Below, piece after piece: positions 56,865 through 64,000 of a stretch of DNA of 64,000 nucleotides; position 1 is the first letter of the stretch; the number at the start of each line of letters is the position of its first letter. Location: NCBI GenBank assembly GCA_965197475.1, contig CBDANF010000003.1, positions 2,592,001-2,656,000 on the forward strand. Reading direction: 5' to 3'. The translations under genes and the position numbers were made by a program. Under the pieces are notes generated by a model. It was not told the origin of the DNA. It did not search any database and saw only the letters and a list, made by a program, of their open reading frames with translations. Source of the stretch: Candidatus Poribacteria bacterium (GTDB taxonomy: Bacteria; Poribacteria; WGA-4E; WGA-3G).

Positions 56865-58299
56865 TCGCGTTATCTCCCATCTTTTCCCTGAGTGAGGTTC
56901 GGAGGTCCACCGAACGGTTGTAGAGCTCCTCAGCTACCTCTCCATAATCCTGAGGTTCAATACCTTCAATACGATCGAACTTGAGTTCCTCTACTGGCTT
57001 ATCAGTATGGAACCACCACGCGCCTACTTCATCCGCTGTCAACCAAGTAGAAGGTCGTTCTGTTTGATTTTTTCCCAATTTCATTACTTCGCCTTCGCGA
57101 ACCAAGTTGCCAATTTGCTCAAGAAGCCAATCACTATGGGTCGTTATAATTACGCGCACACCAGCTCGCACTAAACGAGCAAGTATAATGGCGATTTCTG
57201 TTTGCGCTCTGGGATGCAAATGGGATTCAGGTTCTTCTATAATGAGTGTGTCTCCCGGTTGAACAACACCACGCAAGTACAGCACGAGTGGTGCGAGTTC
57301 TGATACCATTGATGATGATTGACTCATACGTAATGTCTGTTCTGCATTCTGTGGACGGTAGAGAAATTGGGGATATCCCACTCCAGCAGGCCGTCTGACC
57401 TCAATCTTTCCACGCAGCACATCTTTTTCAAGGAGATTAGTGCTCTCAATCATTTCATTTGAAGATTTATCATATTCTTTGTAGTTAATCAGGTGCGTTA
57501 AAAAATCTGCTGTCATTCCAGTAAGCATAGAAGTTTCAGGGAAGTTCCCTAAACCTACGCGAGTAGCACGATTCACAAGCGAACTGATAATTATTCCATG
57601 GGTTTCCAAAATTCCACCTTTAGCGGCTGGAAGGAAATATGAATTTAGCTCATTATATTTCGGACAACGCAATAACGATCCAAGATCATCTAAGTCCATT
57701 GTTTTCTTAAACACTTCTTCATGCTCAGATTTAAGTACTTTGTCTGTATTGACAGATCCGTCTACATAAACATTAGATTCTGAACTTTGCATCTCAAAGC
57801 ACCAAAGAGATTGATTTTCTTCGCTTACCTTTAGGGATACTGACAGTTCATTGGTATTGTCGTTTGTGAATCGCTTGATATCAAAAAATGAATCAAGATC
57901 GAAACATCTATTAAGCTCGCTAGCAAAAATTTCAGATTCGTTTAGAAAATGATGTATATGGGTACATAACCACTTTGGAAAATCTGCATATTTGAATGTA
58001 CGTCCAAGCGTGTTTAGTTTTTTAAGTGTCTCCAGAGTCTCTTCATCTAATTCGTTCTGAGAACTGAACCTTGATTGTTTTAAAAGCGAAATTGTTGCAT
58101 GTGGTAAAGGTACTCGGGAAAACCCTTCAAAGGTGTTAAATAATGCATAGATGAGCGTGGCAAGATAGGTCTTACCGGTATTGCTTTCACCCACAAACAC
58201 AGTTAGCGGACGCAAATCTATTTCTGCTTTCTCTATCGGTCCAAAATTTTCTACGGCAATGTGGACGTTCAGGGGTTGTGTGTCTTTGTCTTCGCGCAT
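56851..58299 (-). CDS. AAA_15/AAA_21 ABC-type ATPase (defence-associated)
   Basis: NFGPI, GESNTGKT, SSMVSELAP, IIEEPESHLHP, TTHS. Confidence 0.9.
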   Translation of the reverse strand: MREDKDTQPLNVHIAVENFGPIEKAEIDLRPLTVFVGESNTGKTYLATLIYALFNTFEGFSRVPLPHATISLLKQSRFSSQNELDEETLETLKKLNTLGRTFKYADFPKWLCTHIHHFLNESEIFASELNRCFDLDSFFDIKRFTNDNTNELSVSLKVSEENQSLWCFEMQSSESNVYVDGSVNTDKVLKSEHEEVFKKTMDLDDLGSLLRCPKYNELNSYFLPAAKGGILETHGIIISSLVNRATRVGLGNFPETSMLTGMTADFLTHLINYKEYDKSSNEMIESTNLLEKDVLRGKIEVRRPAGVGYPQFLYRPQNAEQTLRMSQSSSMVSELAPLVLYLRGVVQPGDTLIIEEPESHLHPRAQTEIAIILARLVRAGVRVIITTHSDWLLEQIGNLVREGEVMKLGKNQTERPSTWLTADEVGAWWFHTDKPVEELKFDRIEGIEPQDYGEVAEELYNRSVDLRTSLREKMGDNASEQE

Positions 58300-58492
58300 T
58301 ACTTATCCTCCCACAGAGATGGAATTTAAATCAATTATACACATCCTCACCATTAATTGCAAGGAATGAATCTGAAATAATACTTGACAAAATGAAAGAC
58401 TATGTGGTATTATTTATACAGGTTAGAATAGTCCCAATCGCAATATGAGACGAAATTTGGTATGAATTCAAACGAAAAGGAGGATTTATGCG

Positions 58493-58756
58493 ATGACTTA
58501 TGTTATTTGTGAACCTTGTATTGACCTCAAAGACAACGCGTGTGTTGATGTGTGCCCGGTGGACTGTATTCACCCACATCCGACAGATGCCCCCGACGAA
58601 TACGAAGAAGTGAATCAACTTTTCATTGACCCAGAAGAATGTATAGATTGTGGTGTGTGTGAACCGGAATGTCCCGTTGAAGCAATCTTTATGGAAGAGG
58701 ATGTACCTGAAGAATGGGAACACTTCACACAAATCAATGCAGATTACTTCCTATAA
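58493..58756 (+). CDS. Dicluster ferredoxin (7Fe/8Fe type)
   Basis: CEPC...CVDVCPVDCIH and CIDCGVCEPECP. Confidence 0.93.
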   Translation: MTYVICEPCIDLKDNACVDVCPVDCIHPHPTDAPDEYEEVNQLFIDPEECIDCGVCEPECPVEAIFMEEDVPEEWEHFTQINADYFL

Positions 58757-58832
58757 TCTCGAAAAAGAGTAAACGGGTTGTTAATTGAAGTATTTGTGTA
58801 TTGTGCTGAATTGACATCCCGTTTGATGTCAA

Positions 58833-59147
58833 ATGCAGGAATTTCAACCTACCGAAATCAAACGTTTACCCCATAGTTTAGCTATTCAATGGAAAGATGG
58901 ACACCGGAGTGAGCATACATATCGGTTACTCCGTGAAAGGTGTCCTTGTGCGCGGTGTGATGCGGCGAGACAAGTCGATGATCCGTTTCGGTTGTTACTG
59001 TCAAAAGATTATTGGGAAAAGCTGCATTTAGTAGGTATTCAGCGTGTTGGTCGTTATGCTGTTCAACTTCAGTGGAGCGATGGTCACAAAACCGGAATTT
59101 ATACCTTCGAATTTTTGCGCGAACTCACTGAATCAAAGGATTCTTAA
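58833..59147 (+). CDS. DUF971 / GBBH-like N-terminal domain protein
   Basis: W.DGH, LRERCPCARC, VGRYA...WSDGH.TGIY. Confidence 0.9.
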   Translation: MQEFQPTEIKRLPHSLAIQWKDGHRSEHTYRLLRERCPCARCDAARQVDDPFRLLLSKDYWEKLHLVGIQRVGRYAVQLQWSDGHKTGIYTFEFLRELTESKDS

Positions 59148-59208
59148 CTACTTTTCACATCCCCTCTCAGCTTTACAAACATTGTCCAATCCCCAACAAT
59201 CCTACCAT

Positions 59209-59802
59209 CTATTCTGCTAATAACTGGGAAACTAAATAGCAGTTGGGTGTTTTTTGTAAAGCACCAAGAGACTCACTAAGGTCTTTGCATCTGCGCCAAT
59301 AGTCCGCATATTTCAAAGGTTTAAAGTTTCGACGTTGTCCGATAAAAGTTTTTTTGCAACAAGCTAATTCATTGCCGTTATCAATCGGATAACCCCATAC
59401 ACGACAAATTACCGGTCGGTGTTCATAGACGGAACAAACCCCACCGATAAGCATCGGGCACTCGCCAATAGGTTTTCCTTTCACCACTTCAATTGCTTCC
59501 ATCCCAGAATCTTTCACCATGTTTCCAGGCGAATAGCCATTGTTTTCCAATACCTTGATTGTCCGCTGTGCTTTTTGCCGAATATGTGCGCGTACTTGTT
59601 GTGGAAGTGCGTCCAATCCAGTTTTAAGATCCCGTGCTTCAACCTCACTGATTGGGATTACTGAAGTGTTTAAACAACATTGAAAACAATTCGAGGGACA
59701 AGGAACACGACCGTACTCCTCGCGTAAACGTACTACATCTTGGTTTATCTCCGCAACAAGTTCATGATAAGCCTTCATCACATTTTCAGTCTGTGTTGTC
59801 AT
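59209..59802 (-). CDS. YkgJ-family cysteine-cluster (CxxxCxxCC) protein
   Basis: CPSNCFQCC, CPML...CSVYEHRPVICR. Confidence 0.88.
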   Translation of the reverse strand: MTTQTENVMKAYHELVAEINQDVVRLREEYGRVPCPSNCFQCCLNTSVIPISEVEARDLKTGLDALPQQVRAHIRQKAQRTIKVLENNGYSPGNMVKDSGMEAIEVVKGKPIGECPMLIGGVCSVYEHRPVICRVWGYPIDNGNELACCKKTFIGQRRNFKPLKYADYWRRCKDLSESLGALQKTPNCYLVSQLLAE

Positions 59803-59803
59803 C

Positions 59804-60736
59804 TCACTTCTCCTCATCTACTACAGAAAACTCGCAGATAGCATGTCGGAACACAACTACTTTAGACCCATTTTTCAACACCATTTTAATTTCATACGGA
59901 CTGATCCAGTCAACTGTACCGTGAAAAATTTCCCCTTCACGAAGAATGATTTCAATTGAATTTCCATCTTTGCGAGCGTGTCGAATTGTTTCAGGATCAA
60001 TGAAAAAGATTTCATCTTGAGAGGGAACAGGTTTGAGTTGCTTCGCCTTGATGTCTTCATTATAAAGCAGCAGCACTATTACGTTTTCAGCATCAACGTC
60101 TTTATAACAATACTTCACCTCAGTTTTCGGAACAATCCTTTCTTTGCCGTTGCAATTGAGTGTTAATCCAGAGAGTGTCATTTCTAAAACGATAGCTGGC
60201 AATTGCACTTGATTATACAATGCAAAAAACATTGGCGTTTCAAAATTGATCTGTTTGAGGATATATAGGTCACCGAAACTCAACTGCCTTGAAGTGTGTT
60301 CCTTTACTTCTGTGACCGTTTTGGTTTGTGCGGGGGTTGCGACGTTTCGAGATTCTACCTTCGATTGTCGTGGTGTATATTTCAAAGCGGTGTCTAATTC
60401 ATCCTTTTCCGGATTATTGGAGGGCGATTCACCTGCATCAAAAAACTGATCTTGATTTTGAGAAGGGGCCCCTGAGTACCCGCGCGGAATAATAGTTTTC
60501 CCTTGTCGCAACCACCGTCGTTCTGTCGGTGTTAGCAACACTTCAACGTTTTTTGCGACTAAACCTTTCTCTCCTTCAACGACGTTATACTTAACCCGTT
60601 GTCCGACACGTAGTTCCTCGTAATCAGCCTGTTTAATTGCAGAACTGTGTAAGAAGACATCCTCTTCACTGCTATCTTGTGCAATAAATCCGAATCCTTT
60701 ATCCAAATTGTAATACTTAATCCGTCCTGTAGGCAT
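59804..60736 (-). CDS. Cold-shock domain protein fused to tandem Hfq/Sm-like domains
   Basis: N-terminal KGFGFI and DVFLHSS (RNP1/RNP2). The C-terminal IEIILREGEIFHGTVDWISPYEI...VVFRHAI resembles the Hfq Sm1/Sm2 motifs. Confidence 0.75.
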   Translation of the reverse strand: MPTGRIKYYNLDKGFGFIAQDSSEEDVFLHSSAIKQADYEELRVGQRVKYNVVEGEKGLVAKNVEVLLTPTERRWLRQGKTIIPRGYSGAPSQNQDQFFDAGESPSNNPEKDELDTALKYTPRQSKVESRNVATPAQTKTVTEVKEHTSRQLSFGDLYILKQINFETPMFFALYNQVQLPAIVLEMTLSGLTLNCNGKERIVPKTEVKYCYKDVDAENVIVLLLYNEDIKAKQLKPVPSQDEIFFIDPETIRHARKDGNSIEIILREGEIFHGTVDWISPYEIKMVLKNGSKVVVFRHAICEFSVVDEEK

Positions 60737-61103
60737 TATCTGCTCCTGTGGTTTTCCCCCATATTCGGAAGATGCCTATAAGCATTCGCGTGCCTGCGCG
60801 AGCATTTAATTGTGGTTGTCCAAAATTGACAAATAATACGACAACCTCCGTACATGAAATCATCTGTTTGCCACGCAATAAGACCTGACAACAACAGAAT
60901 TGTAAGCAACGAGAATTTGACTCGCAGCTGAATTAGATGTTTCTTTTGACATAACAACACTTTTTCTTTATAATAAAACATAGGACTTTGAATGTTAAGT
61001 TTAAACGTCTATCTTTCTATATTGAATCTCGCTAAAAACAAGAAGACTTTCAAGTCGTATAATAGTACATCATATTCAAATGTATTTGTCAAGGAGCTTT
61101 TTT

Positions 61104-61172
61104 CAAAGCCATTCAATTTTCGCAAACCAGCTTTGTGGGCTTTAAATCTCGCAAACCAGCTTTGTGGGCTTT
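61104..61172. repeat. Solo ISAs1-type end followed by a 24-bp direct repeat
   Basis: CAAAGCCATTCAATTTTCG (one mismatch to the IR at 18020); TCGCAAACCAGCTTTGTGGGCTTT at 61120 and 61149. Confidence 0.75.
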
Positions 61173-61280
61173 CCAAGCCCGATTTTTATGTAAAGAATTT
61201 TACATCTATACCTGCGGGAAGGGTTTCAACCTTAGTACTAACATTTAGAATCCAAAAAGTTTAACATAAGGAGTATTTCA

Positions 61281-62570
61281 ATGGCAACAGATTTAACACA
61301 TCACATTCAATCTATCCGTTTAGTTGATACCCATGAACACATGCGACGTGAAAACGACTGGGTTGAGAACGGACCCGATATCCTGCAGGACCTGTTCGGA
61401 AACTATGTCCCCGCAGACTTGTGCACTGCCGGTGCCTCCTCAGAAGCGATGCACAATCTTATGGATCCATCCCAAGACATCAAACCTCGGTTTGAAGGTA
61501 TACGAAAAGCATGGGAAGCGACACAATTTACTGGATACGGTGAAGCAGTCCGTCTCATCGCAAAACACATCTATGGACTTGACGAACTGACAAGTGATGG
61601 ACTTGCGCAAGCACAAGATAAACTCAAAACAATTCGCACGCCAGGAAAACGCTACCATATCTTACACGATCTTGCGAAGCTCGATCATATTCAAACGGAC
61701 GATTTCAGTTGGCGATGTGCGCCAGACACATCCGGTCCAGACTTTTTCCTATACGACCTTTCATGGGCAACTTTCTGCAATGGACAAGTCAATCCAAGTG
61801 CTATCCACGCAGAAACTGGCGTTGAAGTCAAAGACCTCGCCTCATTGAAAAGCAGCATGGAAGCGATTTTCGCTAAACATGCGCCTAAGGCAATCGCAGT
61901 AAAAGCTCAACACGCATACAATCGTACACTCAAGTGGATTGAACGGAGCGATGCTGAAGCAACCGCCGCCCTCAATGCTGTGCTAACAAAACCCGCCGAA
62001 GAGATTGATAAAGCGACACGCCTCTGTCTTGGCGATTGGTGTTGGGCACGCGGCGTTGAACTCACAATAGAACACAATCTCCCGTTCAAAATTCATACCG
62101 GCTACTATGCGGGTAACGATCGGATGCCGGTGAGTCGTATCCCCGCAGGGAATATGTGTGTATTGTTCGCTCGCTATCTGGACGCAAAGTTTGTTTTAAT
62201 GCACATATCTTATCCCTATAACGATGAATTGGTCGCGCTCGCGAAGCACTATCGCAACATCTGGGTAGATTTTTGCTGGGCATGGAGCATAGACCCGTAT
62301 AGTTCACGTGATTTTCTACGTCGGTGCATTCATGCGGTGCCATCAAATAAGTTATTTGCATTCGGAGGCGACACAGGGTGGCCAACAAGTGCAATGGCTT
62401 ACGCAATTCAAGCACGAAACGAGATTCGACGCGCCCTTGAAGCCGAAATCGCAGAAGGGTATCTTACTGAGAAACAAGCAATGGCGTTTGCTACGCAAAT
62501 TATGCGGACAAATCAGTACGACTGCTTTGATATAAACGGCACCCGTGCTAACATTGCAAAAGTAGCATAA
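61281..62570 (+). CDS. Amidohydrolase family protein
   Basis: VDTHEH, KIHTG, VLMHISYP, FGGD. Confidence 0.85.
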   Translation: MATDLTHHIQSIRLVDTHEHMRRENDWVENGPDILQDLFGNYVPADLCTAGASSEAMHNLMDPSQDIKPRFEGIRKAWEATQFTGYGEAVRLIAKHIYGLDELTSDGLAQAQDKLKTIRTPGKRYHILHDLAKLDHIQTDDFSWRCAPDTSGPDFFLYDLSWATFCNGQVNPSAIHAETGVEVKDLASLKSSMEAIFAKHAPKAIAVKAQHAYNRTLKWIERSDAEATAALNAVLTKPAEEIDKATRLCLGDWCWARGVELTIEHNLPFKIHTGYYAGNDRMPVSRIPAGNMCVLFARYLDAKFVLMHISYPYNDELVALAKHYRNIWVDFCWAWSIDPYSSRDFLRRCIHAVPSNKLFAFGGDTGWPTSAMAYAIQARNEIRRALEAEIAEGYLTEKQAMAFATQIMRTNQYDCFDINGTRANIAKVA

Positions 62571-62591
62571 CACACCAAGTGTTAAACCTAT

Positions 62592-63632
62592 TTACGAGTC
62601 GCGTAAAGCCTCCAGACTCTCCGTATAAGGCTGTCTTGCGATACCTTTTTCTGTAATAATTGCGGTGACTAATGACGCAGGTGTAACGTCAAAAGCAGGG
62701 CTATAGACCTTCACACCTTTAGGTGCTGTAAGTTTACCGAACCCTTCTGTTACCTCTTCTGCTGAACGCTGCTCAATAGGAATCTCAGCACCGTTTTCCA
62801 ACGCAAAATCCAAAGTTGATGTCGGTGCAGCAACATAAAAAGGGATGTCGTGTGCCTGCGCGAGGATGGCTACATTATAGGTGCCGATCTTATTCGCAGT
62901 ATCTCCGTTCGCGGCAATCCGATCTGCCCCAACAATAACACACTGAATTTTGCCCTCTTTCATCACCTGCGCAGCCATATTATCACAGATAAGCGTAACG
63001 TCAATACCTGCTTGCATCAGCTCCCACGTGGTGAGGCGCGCGCCTTGTAGCAAGGGGCGAGTCTCATCAGCAAAAACCTGAATCTGCTTACCTGCCTCAT
63101 GTGCGCTGAACATTACGGCTAATGCTGTGCCGTAGTCGGACGTTGCCAATCCGCCAGCATTGCAGTGCGTCAAAATCGTATCGTTTTCATTGAGCAACGC
63201 CATGCCGTGTTGCCCGATAGCACGACACATCGCTTTATCCTCTTCAATAATCTCCTCCGCCTCCGCAAGCAGCACAGTTTTCAGTTCGGGAATTGGAAGG
63301 TGACTATTCTCTTCCGCTGTCCTCGTCATTCTATCAAGTGCCCAAAAGAGATTAACAGCTGTCGGTCGTGATGTTGCAAGGTAATCAGTCGCAGATTTGA
63401 GCTCTGCCGCAAACGCGTCATAACTTTTTGCCGTAGAATTCCAAATGCCGAGCACGGCACCCAAAGCACCCGCGATGCCGATCGCAGGCGCGCCTCGTAC
63501 GCGTAAGGATTTAATCGCTTCCCAAATTGATGGAAGGTCATCACAATAAATCTGTTTGAATTCGTTGGGCAGCAGTGTTTGATCTATTAACTTTATTCTA
63601 CCATTTGCCCATTCAATCGTTGAAACTGCCAT
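62592..63632 (-). CDS. mtnA: S-methyl-5-thioribose-1-phosphate isomerase
   Basis: VRGAPAIG, RPTAVNL, LTHCNAG.LAT, DETRPLLQG, NKIGTY. Confidence 0.95.
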   Translation of the reverse strand: MAVSTIEWANGRIKLIDQTLLPNEFKQIYCDDLPSIWEAIKSLRVRGAPAIGIAGALGAVLGIWNSTAKSYDAFAAELKSATDYLATSRPTAVNLFWALDRMTRTAEENSHLPIPELKTVLLAEAEEIIEEDKAMCRAIGQHGMALLNENDTILTHCNAGGLATSDYGTALAVMFSAHEAGKQIQVFADETRPLLQGARLTTWELMQAGIDVTLICDNMAAQVMKEGKIQCVIVGADRIAANGDTANKIGTYNVAILAQAHDIPFYVAAPTSTLDFALENGAEIPIEQRSAEEVTEGFGKLTAPKGVKVYSPAFDVTPASLVTAIITEKGIARQPYTESLEALRDS

Positions 63633-63724
63633 TTTTGCGTTAGTATCCTCCTCATATAGTAAAGTATAGAAATACGTAGACAGGCTTGTAAACGCGCCTA
63701 AAACGCTCGCTTGTAAATCGAAAG

Positions 63725-63752
63725 AAAAACCGTGTTGAATTTCCAACACGGT
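63725..63752 (-). terminator. Intrinsic terminator
   Basis: ACCGTGTTG / CAACACGGT stem with a T-run on the minus strand. Confidence 0.7.
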
Positions 63753-63760
63753 AAGACTAA

Positions 63761-64000
63761 TTATCGCACGTACGCTTTTAGAGCTTCCGTGAGTTCATCT
63801 GATAGTTTTTTTGATGCCTCAAGTACCATAACCTCTTCAATAGGCGGATTCTCTTTTTCACGCGAGACAAGAACATGGTCATTTGCGTATAATGCTGTTT
63901 CGTTACCTGTAAATGTTCCCCATTCCGATTTGAATTCATGCTTTGTGGTAAAGTTATCTGCTTTCTTAAGTTCGGCGGTTTGCGCGTCAAGGATTTTGTA
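63761..64000 (-). CDS. C-terminus of a hypothetical protein (runs off the window)
   Basis: The frame YKILDAQTAELKK...DELTEALKAYVR* is open from base 64000 to TAA at 63761, followed by the terminator. Confidence 0.65.
   Translation of the reverse strand, partial: YKILDAQTAELKKADNFTTKHEFKSEWGTFTGNETALYANDHVLVSREKENPPIEEVMVLEASKKLSDELTEALKAYVR

Noticed and set aside
61120-61172. Mini-CRISPR
   Set aside because: Only two 24-bp copies separated by 5 bp, next to an IS end.
60736-61264. 81-aa and 90-aa ORFs in the csp-amidohydrolase intergenic region
   Set aside because: No motifs; they span divergent promoter sequence and IS-end remnants.
63778-63990. 70-aa ORF from the track
   Set aside because: Another minus-strand frame is open from the window edge to 63761, looks more protein-like and is followed by a terminator.

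Overview
Bacterial genomic window. The gene content suggests Candidatus Poribacteria or a similar marine-invertebrate symbiont, which is an inference from a LamG protein ending in a VEPxGKLATTWxxIK tail, a PhyH dioxygenase, DUF6785-like membrane proteins and GTAG-type palindromic repeats. The housekeeping backbone comprises thiamine genes (thiY-like fusion, thiO, thiS, thiG), gap-tpiA-secG, uxaC, nth, sat, pckG, apt with an NCS2 permease, an Omp85 protein, a sugar-acid catabolic cluster, a ferredoxin and mtnA. Between these lie small accessory or defence insertions and decayed mobile DNA (IS982, an internally deleted ISAs1, a MITE, MNT and BrnT pseudogenes). Main highlights: (1) a long prokaryotic Argonaute with an intact DEDD tetrad directly downstream of a single-chain REase-MTase; (2) a BrnT toxin pseudogene coupled to a BrnA-like-N-terminus/TIR fusion; (3) an ABC-ATPase plus small PD-(D/E)xK-like gene pair; (4) a cold-shock domain fused to two Hfq/Sm-like domains; (5) a DddK/DddW-like cupin, a candidate DMSP lyase; (6) a CxxU selenoprotein missed by the ORF track; (7) a palindromic repeat inserted in-frame into sat; (8) a promoter- and terminator-bounded ~300-nt candidate ncRNA; (9) a displaced duplicate of the permease 3' end. 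All family assignments come from recalled motifs; no database searches were run.
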